A stretch of DNA of 64,000 nt. Origin: Rhina ancylostomus. Taxonomy: Eukaryota. Below, one piece after another: positions 11,236 to 24,170 of the stretch (its first letter is position 1; each line of letters begins with the position of its first letter). The stretch spans positions 19,149,152 through 19,213,151 of the forward strand of contig JARFYF010000053.1 in the NCBI GenBank assembly GCA_030265395.1. The letters run 5' to 3'. Position numbers and translations under genes: made by a program. The notes under the pieces were generated by a model, which saw only the letters and a program-made list of their open reading frames with translations, searched no databases and was not told the origin of the DNA.

Positions 11236-13064
11236 AAAAATGACACCTGCAAGCAAGTTGCTGCTGAACTAATGTTGACTTTCTATCTGCTGCATCATCA
11301 TTTAAACCATGAGGGAAAAGGGAAAGGAATGCAATCAGAAAAGAGCAGTGAAGTGTCCATGAGGGATGGCGCCAATCTAGAGAAGGAGCATATTCAAAAA
11401 GGGAAGGATGAAATTGGATCCAGAGGGATTACTGTGACAGGGAGGAGATGATGGGAGAGTCAGAGTCTGTAATGGTTATCAGAACCTCAGTGAAAATAAA
11501 TAAAGCATTTCTGTACTTCCTGGCTCCCAGCTGGTAGTCCCAGTTAAATAGTTTTAAGAAACTCTTCAGCATGGTTCGTTCAGGGCTGCTGGTTAGGTTG
11601 CAGATGAAGCAGATATTCCTGAAAGCATTGAGCAGATGTTTTTATATGCAAACAGCTTAATAACTCTTTTAGAGCATGAGCCCTGACTTCTTCTCTTGCA
11701 GTTATCAGTACGTTGGGTGGCAGATGATGATGATGAAGACTGACCTCCCTCAATTACCTTTTTGAGGGTTGAAAAATGAAATGAAACAAGGAATATATTT
11801 TTCACAATGGGAACAAGTGGCACATTTCTGAATACACTGCCTGGAAGTGATTTTAATTTTACACTGTGTTCCTAAGGACAGATTCAATCTGTTAACTGTA
11901 AAGTAAATGACCTTACCTATAAAAGCAGATTTAACATCTATGACAAATAGCCAATAGAATTAGATAATGAAAGCAAACATTTTCCACGTTCATGATCCTA
12001 TTCCCTAAATAAGCAGAGCAAACAAACATGAGTATTAATAGCACATTGTGTGTGTCTGTAATAAGCAATAATAAAGCACGGCACGTAACAAAGAATTGAG
12101 GTGGATAGCTCATGCAAATAAGTACTTCAGAATGTCAGAAAGCAGTGAAGTAAGAAAAACAATTAAATGAAATAAAATAACTCTCCCACATCATCCTGTG
12201 ATACAGATTTAAGTTTCATGGTTAAGGCTTCAGATGTGATGAAAAATATTCAGATGTTATTTTGGCTTCATAAATTTTTATGATTATGCTCAGATTGTTA
12301 TTGTTGTACAATCTTTATATTTTACCCATTTTACAGATTTTTAAAAAAATCAGTCCAAGTGCAGAATGATTTTTGGCTTGCAATTAGAAATTCAGACATT
12401 GATCTGTATTGTGTATGGATTATATTTATTTTGTACTTCAGTACCACACGTCAAATTTCTTTGTATATAAAAAAAACTGGCAGTTGAAATTGCAGGCTAT
12501 CTGAAAGATATTTTTGACAGCAACATAGAGATTTGTGCTATTGAAATGGTTTATAGTTCAATGATCCTAGGCAGCAATTTGACTGTATTAAATTTGGAAA
12601 AATGCTCTTAAGAATTTCCCTCTTTGCTGACAACCATGTCTAGAAGAGGGAATTGATTGTTTGTGTTGCTTCACAGCTCTGGCAATTCCTATTAATACCA
12701 AAAGCACTTCACAAATTTCAGATAACAAATCTCTTTTGAACATGTTTTGATTGAACCAATTGCTTTTGCTGACATTCAGTTTGATTGTGTAAACCTAAGT
12801 CAAAAAATAGGATCACACCTATTTTTGATGTGCTAAAACATTGTTGTGTTTAGTGCAAGCACAAAGTTGAGTCCCTCTAAAAAAATCTGTGGAATTGGTT
12901 GAATGTAGGTGTGCAACAGTGTGAGGATGTTTAACAGCCAAAATAGTATTGCATGCAATCTTTATGGTTCCTAATGGGACCACACTCAATTCAACGCAGT
13001 TCCAACACTTTACCATGCACAGTCAGAGAAGGATGTCACAACAAAAAGACACATTCTTCATGGC

Positions 13065-13285
13065 AACCAGACAGCAGCAAGATACAGTGCAGCTGACATG
13101 GAAGAGAATGAGTCTGCCAAGACGAGGGAGAGAACAGATTTTGTGAAAGGGAGCGGTAGGAAGGAGGACCTGTGCATCAGAAGGGCTCAGAGACCCACCG
13201 AGGTCATCATAAGAAAAAGCTGGCAGGAAATGTCTTCAGTCCACTTTGCTCAATTGAAAGAAATTTCATGACTCTACAAGATATG
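13065..13285 (+). pseudogene. Possible Myb/SANT-like (Harbinger second gene) remnant
   Basis: With frameshifts: AARYSAADME...RRGREQIL...QRPTEVIIRKSWQEMS...KKFHD, echoing R.RFS..DLE / AWQEI / CRKKFNDL of Myb_DNA-bind_5 proteins. Confidence 0.35.
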
Positions 13286-13839
13286 TCAAGGTGATCAAAA
13301 TAACAATAGTAACACTTAAATGAAGAACAAAATATGGTTTTGTCACAAGCAAGCCTCATTTCAACCCAAGTGCTGAGAAATTGGACTACATAATGCTAAA
13401 GAAAACAGCACTGTGATATCCAAAGTTGATTTTACCTGCAGTAAGTTATGTTAATAATCATTTCCAGATGAAATTGCACTTCAACTATGCTGCAGTGACA
13501 CACGGTAATGACGTTGTCTACTGCAGATCGAAATGATTTTTTTTAATGTTTGCAGATTGCAGATACCTTGCAGATTTCTTATAAAGAAACTGGAACTTGA
13601 GAGATGGTTTGGGGCCCTGGTGGACCTGTTTCTATTAGTTGGAGAATGGTCTCCTCTATCAGAAGCAGGTGCTGCAGCTATAAAGGGCTCCCTCCCATGT
13701 ATCTTTGCCTAACTGAAGGTGAAAAAGAATATTGAATGATCTTTTCATCATCGTCCCTATTGGGGGCTTGACATTTGAGTGGATGATGGAGGAGACAGAA
13801 TGTCAAAAGTAGTGTATGAAGTAGTATACAAGAGGATAG

Positions 13840-13950
13840 GGTGTGTGTGATGAGTTTGTATGAGTAATAGTTTTGTGATCAATCCTATGTGTGACATACA
13901 TGGGCTGTCTTTGTGTGTGTGTGGGTATTTGTGTGTATTTATGTGTGTGT
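13840..13950. repeat. Degenerate (TG)n low-complexity tract
   Basis: Several tgtgtgtg runs. Confidence 0.7.
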
Positions 13951-14158
13951 GGTGAAAGAGAGGGAGAACATAGTACAATAGAATTTTGCATATATGAACA
14001 AACACTCAGGTAATAAAGATGCATTTGGCTTAATGATCCTTTGATACATTTTCAAACAATTAATGAGCTATTTAATTAATTTAAACAATGAAAAGTTTGT
14101 GACTTGAACTGTGGTTGTATTAGAAATGGCCACAGAAAAGGGTCCTAAAAGTGGTTAT

Positions 14159-14730
14159 TGTCATGGTTCTGAGTGCTAGCCCTTGATTTGGTTCCATTGA
14201 TGATGCCTCATTGTGCAGCTCGGAGTCCATGTACTACTAATCACATAACAACACACACCTGCATCCCATCAGGAGACTAGCATAAGAACCCAGGTTTCAC
14301 TGGCACCAGTTACTAAAGTATTGGTCAACCTTTGGGTATACTTTTTCTCTTGGCTGCTTAGACCTCTCAACTCTAGAGCAGTTCTGGTTTCACTNNNNNN
14401 NNNNNNNNNNNNNNNNNNNNNNNNNNNNNNNNNNNNNNNNNNNNNNNNNNNNNNNNNNNNNNNNNNNNNNNNNNNNNNNNNNNNNNNNNNNNNNAACTGG
14501 ATCTTCACAAAGGAATAGAGAACACAGGATTGCTCTAGAGTAAACCACTCTAAGCAACTAGGAGCCAAAGGTAGACAAAATACTCTGGCAACTAGTGCCA
14601 GAGAAACACAGGTACCTATGCTAGGCCCCTGATGGGGCTCAGGTGTGTATTGTTATGCAATCAGTCCAGCATGGAATCTACGTGCTGGACAAATGGAGCC
14701 AAATGAGGGCCAGAACTCAGAACCATGACA
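14159..14730. repeat. Long inverted repeat / palindromic element with TGTCA...TGACA termini
   Basis: Left arm 14159-14394 aligns with the reverse complement of ~14500-14730 along its whole length; 100-N gap at the centre. Confidence 0.9.
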
Positions 14731-15869
14731 GTGTGCTGCATTTGGGTTCTGTGAGTTTGCTCTTTGCTTGACATTGTGACAGTTATACAAAACAAACTCC
14801 TCATTCCTTCTTTAAGGACTAGATAATGAGGATATATCTGAACATCTTGATGGGTGCTTGAGAAGGAGCTGGCAGGCTGTCAGAAGGAAGGCAGACTAAA
14901 TAGTAATATAAAATGAAGTGCTATACAGTCTACCTGGTAAGAGTCCAGAAGAAACTTTATTGTCTGATAAAGTGAGGGAAGGTAACTCAAAAATGGTTCT
15001 GCATGTTGAAAGTGCAGACCACAAGTAAATATTAAATTCAGGAATTTTCTCTCAGAAACATCCATGCCTGTTTCAGGAAACCACAAGTACACCAAAATAT
15101 TCTCACCTAGCTAATCATTCTATGCAATGTGTCAGTGTCGAAGGACAGGAAAATAGTACTTGCATACTGAAATAGTCATTCCTGCGGATTTCATCAGGCA
15201 ATTGAGACAAGCTTGGATAATACTGTCATAAATAATGACCTGAAACACTGCAAAAGTAAATTGAGGCCTTGGCCTTAAAATTCCATGGGTTTCAGGTTGG
15301 CACACAGTTTCCAACATTTGTTCTTTCTCTCTCTGAAACTAAGAGTAGACCTATTATGTCTGAATTGTTGACAAGTGATCAATAGCTAGAAGAGGAAAAG
15401 AGAATTTGAGATTTCTTTGTGACTAGGACCTAGTTCTAAAGTTTCATTTTGCTAAAGATTTCTCACCATAATCCTTCCCTGAAGTTACATAATGGTTGTT
15501 CATTTTAAATAGCTCAATCAACATGATGAACATAATTAAAATAAGGAACTCATCTTCCATGTTTTTCCAAATCCAAACCCCAAATGAAGTCAGTGGTGTC
15601 TCAGATCCCAAGGCAAGTCTTATCTGTGCAGGGCTGGGCTGAACCACTATACTCCATGAAGATACCAATGTCAGAGAATGGAGTGATATGATGCTGTAAA
15701 ATTTCTGCATTTGACAATGTGTGCATGGAAGTCTTAATTTTACTGCTATTAAAGTCTAAACACTGTTGGCTCATTTAGAAACAGCCAGCATTAGCAAGTG
15801 AGATTTAGCCTCTAAAGCAGTATCACAGACAGGGTGGTGAAAAAGGTGTTTAACATGCTGGTTTTCAAC

Positions 15870-16475
15870 AGTCAGAGCACTGAGTATAGAGTTGGGGCAT
15901 AATGTTGCAGTTGTATAAGTTGTTGGTGAAGTTGCACTTGGAGTACTGTGTACAGTTTTGGTCACCATGTTACAGGTAAGATGTGGTTAAACTGGAAAGA
16001 GTACAGAAAAGATTTGAGGATATTGCCAGGATGAGAGGGCCTGAGTTATAGGGAGTGGTTGGCCAGTCTTGGTCTTCATTGCTTGGAGCCGAGGAGAATG
16101 AGGAGTGATCTTATAGAAGTTTATAATATCATAAGAGGCATAGATAAGGTGGATGGTAAGTCTTTTCCCCAGGTTAGGGGAGTCCAAAACTGGGAGGCAT
16201 AGATTCAGGGTGAGAGGGGAAAGATTTAAGAGATCTGAGGGGCAACTTTTTCTCAGAGTGGTGAGTATATGGAATGTACTGCCAGAGGAAGTGGTTGAGG
16301 CAAGTACAATAGTATTTAAGAAGCTTTTGGGTAAGTACATGGAGGGGCAGGGTTCAGGAATATGGGTCAAAACCCAGAAATTGGGACTAGCTGGGTGGGC
16401 ACTGAGGTCAGCATGGGCTCATTGGGATGAAGGGCCTGTATCCATGCTGTATTACTCTATGACCCTATGATTCTC
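15870..16475 (+). mobile_element. CR1 LINE 3' fragment with intact tail
   Basis: ORF 16153..16470 LFPRLGESKTGRHRFRVRGERFK...VVSIWNVLPEEVVEA; tail gggcctgtatccatgctgtattactctatgaccctatgattct. Confidence 0.9.
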
Positions 16476-19334
16476 GAAATCTGAATTGATTCAGTGAGCT
16501 GGATGCTGAGATATTATTTCCTGTACTCAGTCTAGAATTAGGGGGTAATGTCTCAGATTTAGGGTTCAGACATTCAAAAAAAAATCTTCGCTCAGGATTA
16601 GGAATCTTATTCCAGATGCCCATTGATCATTCTTAACCTTAACTCTACTCAATGCTTTGGCAATCTGGTTTATTGAAATTAAGCAGGCAGGTGAAGTTGA
16701 GATAGAAGATCACCCATTACAATATTGAATAGCAGAAGTCTCAAAGAGCCTTGTGGTCTACTCCTGACTGTACTTGTGAGAACATGGCTCATTCTTAAAG
16801 AAAGTGAATCTTAGTTCCTTAATTTGTATCTTGGATTAGTAATTTCCAAATAAACCAATGCTGCATTTTATGTCCTTGTGTTTATAAGCGATTGAGTGTT
16901 ATATATACCTGAAATTTACTTCCTGAGAGATCCATGCATCAGAGCCCTGCTGAACTCAATCTTTGTTTTAACTCATCAGATCCTTTATTCAGGGTAGTCA
17001 CTGTGTGGGTAGTGTTTTGGGTCCATGTCATCTTTAAAATCTGCATTAAGCATATTTTGTTTCTGTTTAAGGTTGATGTGTGCATCTGAATACTTGTACT
17101 TCCCATTACTAGAACATTTTAATAATGTGATCTTAATAAGCATGCAGATTCTGCAATGGAAAATGTTTGAAATTATTAATGGAAATGTCCTTGTTATAGT
17201 TACCTTAATAAAATAGTGGACAGTAAAAGTGGGCAGTAAAGATCCCTTCAGCATACTGTTTTTGGATAAAAATTTCTCAATGATACCATTAATTCAGTGG
17301 AAAAAAGTCCATTCTGATGAAGTGGGTCAAGGGGGTTTATCCCAGTTGATCAAGCTGATCACAGCCAGCTAGTGGTAGGAAATGTACAATTGATTTGAGA
17401 GGCTCTGGATAAAAAGATGGTGAAAAGTTCATATTGCTGTTCAACTGTTCCTACAGAAGTGTGCATGATATTCTTCTTAATAAGACCAGCTTCTGCTCTA
17501 ATTCTCTCCTGGTCAATCAACCTGCCCATATTCATCACCCATGTCACTTAAACACCATACCACAGAGCAGAAAAAAAACTGCAAAATAATCAACAATTTC
17601 AGGAGCAAAAAGGGACATATGTACTATCCAATGTTGTATTTACCTAGAAATCAAATTGAAGTATTACCTAAAGAATAAAACTACTGAGGAAAAGTTATGT
17701 TTTATTGAGGAAAGAAGTCAGGGTTGAAACAAGGAGATAGTAAAAGAGGCAGTATTAAAACTAATTTACCTTTAGTACATAGAGTTGGAATGCAAAAACT
17801 CTCTCCAGTTTATTAACAGCTTTGTAGAAAGATCCATAGTACAACACTTTAAACTGACATCTCCTCACTAATGTTTGACTATCATAAATCTGATACAGAC
17901 ATGTTATTCTTGGAAAAGCATATCAGATACCACAAGTCAATGGGAGAGCCAAATATAAAATCCAGAAACCTGCACCAATCGTACTCTGGATTGTCGCAAG
18001 GTCTGCACAACCTTTTTTTTTACACAGTATCTGGGCCAATGGTCTGGCATTATCAATTGCATTATTTAAATTACTAAAGAACAGAACTTTTGTAACTTTT
18101 TTTGCAAGTAAGTATCATAACCTGACATTAAAAATAAGACACAAGGTGATCATGGACTTTGGACAATGATAAATAAGTAAAATTTACTTACAACTTCCAA
18201 GTGATGTGGGAATTGCCCATTTAAAAAAAACATTCACCTGAAAAAGAACACAAATACTAATTATATCATCAATGTGAACAAAAACATTATTTGCTGAAAA
18301 ACAGCATTTGCTTTTTTATTCATCTCACATAAGCATTCTCATTGCAAAACTGTAAGAAATATGTATCTCTTTTTGATATTTGTGCACTGCATTAAGTCAT
18401 CTTCTGATGTTTAGATGGTAAGAATTATCAGCCATGTTACTTCATATTCAAGATTGGCACAAGAACACTTTGCATGCAGAGAACTTGAAATGTAACCATA
18501 GAAACTCAGCGAGGCTGGTAACAGTTTATCCTTTGAGCACAAGTTTTGTTTGATCAATGTGCATTCATGGGTCCTTGAGAAGACAGTGATAAAGTATTTT
18601 TTTCACTCCTTTATTGATTATTCCTGTTAGGATAAAATAAGTAACCAACAATGAAGTATGTCTTTTTAATCATTCCATTTTTCTCAACTTTCAAGGTTCC
18701 TTACTGAAGAAGCTCCTTAGTGGCTCAACTGAAAGGCAAATTTTCATTGGGCTTAGATAGGGAGTACCTGACTGTGGAGTATATCACAGTCATGTCCAAT
18801 TCTTCACCAAATGTCCACTCATTGCATAGCAATTAAGTTCAAGAATCTTGAACAATTATTTCTCCTCTCCCCATCAAAGTCAGCTGTGATCATTTGTATC
18901 TACGAAAAATATTCCCCCACCCCTTATAACCACAGTTCCTTTTGCTTCTCAGGCAGTCTCCCACAAGTTATTTACAACTCTATTTTTGGACTCTCAACCT
19001 TCTAATCTTTGTCTTTCAAATTGCCATTGACACTTTTGCATCTGTCAGTTGTCTTTCCCATTTCACCACTTCCATTTTCATGGTGTAATACCACATGAAA
19101 GCTTTAAGGCCCAAGTAACCCTTGACCCCTTTCCCACTAAACTACTGACTACTCAATGCACCTGCACTGCCTTTATGCCATCCTACATTTTAAAGGATTC
19201 TCTTTCCTCAGGTACTTTCTTTCAAACCTCACACCTCCCTTTCATAATACCGCATGCTTTTTCAAAATAACAAACCTTTACTCACTTCCACTCCATTTGC
19301 AACCTCCTTTTTCTCTTCAAAATTCTTGAACATA

Positions 19335-19850
19335 AGGCAAGCCAGTGACTCTGCTTTGTTAGGAGTTTGAGGAAATTCAGTATGTTATTCAAAGGCTCTT
19401 ACAAATTTCTATAGATGTACGGTGGAGAGCATCCTGACTGGTTGCTTCACAGCCTGGTATGGAGCCTACAATGCACAGGATCGCAAGAGGCTGCAGAAGG
19501 TTATAGACTCAGCCAGTTCCATTACAGACACAACCCTCCCTGCCTTCAAGGACATCTTCAAGAGGCAGTGCCTCAAGAAGGCAGCATCTGTCATTAAGGT
19601 CCCTCACCATCCAGGATATGCCGTCTTCTCATTACCTCCATCAGGGAGGAGATGCAGGAGCCTGAAGACCAAACTCAATGATTCAGGAACAGCTTCTTCC
19701 CCTCAGAACAATCCATGAACCTGTGAACACTACCTCATTATTCCTTTTTTTTGCATTATTTTGATTTTGTAATTTATAGATTTTCTTTGCACTGTACTGC
19801 TGCTGCAAAACAAATTGCACGTCATATCTCACTGAAAATAAATCTGATTC
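19335..19850 (+). mobile_element. Rex1/Babar LINE 3' fragment
   Basis: ORF 19422..19718 ESILTGCFTAWYG..AQDRKRLQKVI...HPGYAVFSLPPSGRR. Confidence 0.9.
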
Positions 19851-20324
19851 AAATCCAGCACCATGTTTATTACANNNNNNNNNNNNNNNNNNNNNNNNNN
19901 NGAAATACTGCCTTCAGATCTTTGCTCCTGCTGAAGAACTGAAATAGTGCTAATTAAAGTCACCAATGGCATTCCTTGTGACTGTGATCATGGTTCAGTT
20001 TTCCTCCTCCTACTTGCTGAGCTCCCTGCAGCCTGTTGTGTCATCAACTGCACCAATGCCTTTCTTGTTCTGTTCAGTTTATTGGAGCAACTTCCCCTTG
20101 ATTCCAGTATAATTGATTATAGCTGTAGCCAGAGCATCTTCTGTCACATGCCTATTACCAATGAAGTCCCTGAGCATCTAACCAAACCCTTTACTCTAAT
20201 TCATCGACATGCTGTCCTTGTTGCTATCATACAAGTGGATGAGGTCAGCTTTCATAAACATATTGGGAATAACCAGCACATCCTCTTCTGCTCCTTCCTC
20301 AATCCTGCCATTACATTTGTGATT

Positions 20325-20425
20325 ATAGAACTAAAATCTTATGGAAATACTCAGCAGGTTAGGCAGCATTATGTAAAGAGAAACAGAATTAGTCTTTCAC
20401 ATTGTTGACCTTTCATCAGAATTGC
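20325..20425 (-). mobile_element. Penelope terminal fragment with a decayed hammerhead core
   Basis: - strand ttCTGATGAaaggtcaacaatgtGAAAgactaattctgtttctc...gctgcctaacctgctgagtatttcc. Confidence 0.65.
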
Positions 20426-21774
20426 CTTTGTGTTGCCAACCTCCTTGTCCAAAGTCAGTCCTGAAGTAGCTGCAATTTATACCTGTTAAATGTTGGGGAG
20501 AAACAAAGCTATCATGTTCAGCCCCTGCCACAAAGTCCCCAACATTTAGAATGTATTTTATGCACATGTGGATAATTTCTGAATGGGTAATCTGGGATCA
20601 TATTTATTTTCTGGGTTGGTCACTCCATGTAAAAAAAAACAACTGCAGCCAATTTTTGCACCTGGTGATTAATTCATAATGGTAGTGTTACACCTGAACA
20701 ACAAATTGAAAGTCTCTCACTACTTGAACCTTCACAGGAATCTTTAATTCAACTGCATCCATTGCTATTAATTCAAACATCATTCAATCACACAATAATA
20801 TTCTTTCTCTGGATAAAGTGTACCTTGATGGCCCCAACTAATAATTCCTTTCCAAGGCTACCAAGACGTCACTATAGAAACCATAGAAAGGCTGCTGAAT
20901 ATTTCATCAATTTGCTTTTAAGATAAACTGAACAGATGTCTAAAATCTGACAGTTACCTGATCTTACAGATGAAAGGGACACTTCATTAACTTCATGAAA
21001 TGTTAATGCCCACACCTGCATAATAGTGGAAACAATTAGGATATAATTTATACTTTGAAGTTATTGACTGTTTTCAACTTGTAATAATCTTTTTATAAAT
21101 TAATGTTATAAGAAAAAAGGCCACTTACTTGATAAATTAATATTATGTAAAAGAAAAATTTTAAGTTCGCAAACATTCAGCTGAAGTTTACCGCAGAATA
21201 TTCTTAATTTTTGCTTATCAGTCACACCTGAAGGCTGGACTAATTCCCAGATTTTTGTTTTAAGGATACTCACTGACTGGCAGAGAGATGATTTCATTAC
21301 CTGAATAACTGAAATAAAACACTCACTAGCTCTGTTGCTCAGAATTGTGGTGAAAATTGCATATTGAATGTGAAATATTAGTTATCCAATAATAATTTCT
21401 TGACACATCTCAGTTGGTGAATGTATTGCAAGGGACAGTAAATTCTATGTTGGTCAATGTAATGCTCTATACTGCTTGTCAGGATCACTATCATTCAATG
21501 TCATAAGTTATACAATGAGGCTCCCTGGGATGGCAGTGAGGGAAGTCAACCTAAGAGGAGCAGTCCTTGAAATGGTTATCATATTTTCATGAATGTCAAT
21601 GATTGAGAGGAACTGTTTTGTAGTATTGTAGTATTGCATTATGGAAATATTAGCAATAGACATGACTAAAAGGAAACCAATTATAACAGGAAACTGGATA
21701 GAAAAGAGCCTGGAAAAAAGGACAATGGAATATTTGCATGGGTCTGTCTGTAGCAAGCTTACAGTGAGGAATAA

Positions 21775-23190
21775 TAACTATAAGTTACAAAAATAAATAG
21801 TGCAAAAGAGGAATAATGAGGTAGTGTTCATGGACCATTCAGAAATCTGATGGCAGAGGGGAACCAATGTGAAGAGGGCATATCCTGGATGGTGAGAGTC
21901 TTTAATGATGGATACCACCTACTTGATGCACCACCTCCTGAAGATGTCCTCGATGGCAGGGAGGGATGTGCCTGTGATGGAGCTGGATAAGTCTACAACC
22001 ATCTGCAGTCTCTTTCAATCCTACACATTGGAGCCTCCATACCAGGCGATGGTGCAACCAGTCAGAATGCTGTCCACCGTACATCTGTAGAAATTTGCAA
22101 GAGCCTTTGTTGACATACCAAATCTCCTCAAACTCCTAATTAAGTAAAGCTGCTGGCATGTCTTCTTCCTGTTTGAATCAATGTGTTGGGCCCGTGATAG
22201 ATCCTTTGAGATACTGATGCGCAGGAACTTGAAGCTGCTCACCCTTTCCACCACTGACTCCTCAATGAATACTGGTGTGTGTTCTCCCGACATTCCCTTC
22301 CTGAAGTCCACAATAAATTCCTTGGTTTTGCTGCATTGAGTGTGAGGTTGTTGTTGTTGTGACACCATTCAACCAGCTGATCTGTCTCACTCTTGTACAC
22401 CACCTCATCAGAATCTGAGATTCTGCCAACAATAGTGGCGTCATCAGTGAAGTTACAGATGGCGTATGAGCTGTGCCTAGCCACACAGTCATGAGTGTAA
22501 AGAAAGTAGAGCAGTGGGCTAAGCACGCATCCTTGAGGTGATCCTGTGTTGATTGTCAGCTAAGCGGATATGTTACAACCAACCTGCACTGACTATTGTT
22601 CCCAATAAGGAAGTTGAGGATCCAGTTGCAGAGAGAGGTACAGAGGCCCAAGTTTTGAAGCTTCTTGATTAGTACTGAGGGGATGATAGTGTTAAATGCT
22701 GAGCTGTAATCGATAAACAGCAGTCTAACGTATATTTTGCTGTTGTCTATGTGCTGCAAAGCCAACTGGAGAGGCAGTGAGATTGCATCCGCTGTACAAC
22801 TGTTGTGGCAGTAGGCAAATTGCAGTGGGTCCAGGTCCTTGCTCAGGCAGGAGTTAATTCCAGCCACGATCAACCTCTCAAAGCACTTCATCACAGTAGA
22901 TGTGAGTGCTACTGGGCGATAGTCATTGATGCAGCTCACCCTGATCTTTTTGGCACCGGTATTATTGATGCTCTTTTGAAGCAGGTGAGAACCTCTGACT
23001 ACAGCAGTGAGAGGTTGAAGATGTCCTTGAACACTCCAGCCAGTAGGTCAGCACAGATTTTCGGAACCCTGCCAGGTATACCATTGGGGCCTGACACCTT
23101 GCGAGGGTTCACCCTCTTGAAGGATGTTGTGATGTCAGCCTCTGAGACAGAGATCACAGGGTTACCAGGTGCTGTGGGGATTTGCACAGA
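21775..23190 (-). mobile_element. Rex1/Babar LINE, ~1.4 kb of the RT region (frameshifted)
   Basis: ORFs 22556..22939 ([19 protein letters not shown]...LQFAY...[15 protein letters not shown]), 22239..22526 (LSPLLYFLYTHDC...FTDD), 22021..22368 (KTKEFIVDFRK...ERVSSFKFL). Confidence 0.95.
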
Positions 23191-23194
23191 TGTT

Positions 23195-24170
23195 GTGAAG
23201 TCAGGAGGGCAAAAAGATGACATGAGATAGCTTTGGCAGATAGGTAAAGGCAAATCCTGAGACATCCTGTCAGAATATTGAGCAAATGGGAGAACATAGG
23301 GCCTCTTAAGGACCAATGTGATCATCTATATGTGGAGCCACAGGAAATGGGCAAGGTCTTAAATGATTATTTCTCATCTGTATTTACCATGGGGAAGGTC
23401 ATGGAAGCTTATGAATTCAGGGAAGAGAGTAGCAATGCCTTGAAACTTATCCACATTACAAAAGAGGAGGTGCTGGCAGTCCAAAAGACCATAAAGGTGG
23501 ATAAATCCCCAGGACCTGACTAAGTGTATCCTCAGACATTGTGGGAGAACCATCTACATCGTTAGCCTTGGTTGGCGAAGAAGGCACATGGCACCCTTGC
23601 CTTCATTAGTCAAGAGACTGAGTCCCAGAGTTGGGACATTATCTGTACATGAAGTTGATGGCACTGCACTTCAAGTATTTTGTGCAGCTCTGACCGCCTG
23701 GTTATGGGATGCTACCAGGAATGAAGAGCTTGAGTTATAAAGAGAGATTAGATAGGCTGGGGCTCTTTTCCATGGAGCTTAGGAGGCTGAGGGGTGACCT
23801 TATAGAGGTATATAAAACCATGAGGGGACATAGATAGGGTGAATGGTTTACCCATGATAAGGCAATCTAAAACTTGAGGGCATAGATTTAAGATGAGAGG
23901 GGAACAATTTAAAGGGGACCTGAAGGGTAGGTTTTTCACACAGAAGGTGGTGAGTAGATGGAATGAGCTGCCAGAGGAAGTGGAGGCAGGTACAGTTACA
24001 ATGTTTAAAAGACATTTAGACAGGTACATGGACAGGAAAGGGTTAGAGGGACATAGGCCAAATGCAGGTAACTAGGACTAGCTTAGATAGGAATCTTGGT
24101 CAGCATGGACAAATTGGGCCAAAGAGCCTGTTTCAATGCTGTACACCTCAATGACTCTATGACTATGTCT
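23195..24170 (+). mobile_element. CR1 LINE with an internal deletion spanning the RT core
   Basis: ORF 23278..23523 IGPLKD...EMGKVLNDYFSSVFT...KVDKSPGPD jumps to KKAHGTLAFISQ and ORF 23893 GRFFTQKVVSRWNELPE; tail atgactctatgactatg. Confidence 0.9.

Larger units (their letters stand above)
18830..20520 (+). mobile_element. Old L2-clade LINE RT fragment, interrupted twice
   Basis: LDPFPTKLLTTQ (ORF 19049), SICNLLFLFKILEH, then LIKVTNGIPCDCDHGSVFLLLLAEL (ORF 19947) resembling L2 TETALIKVTNDIL...LLDLSAAF. Confidence 0.7.
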
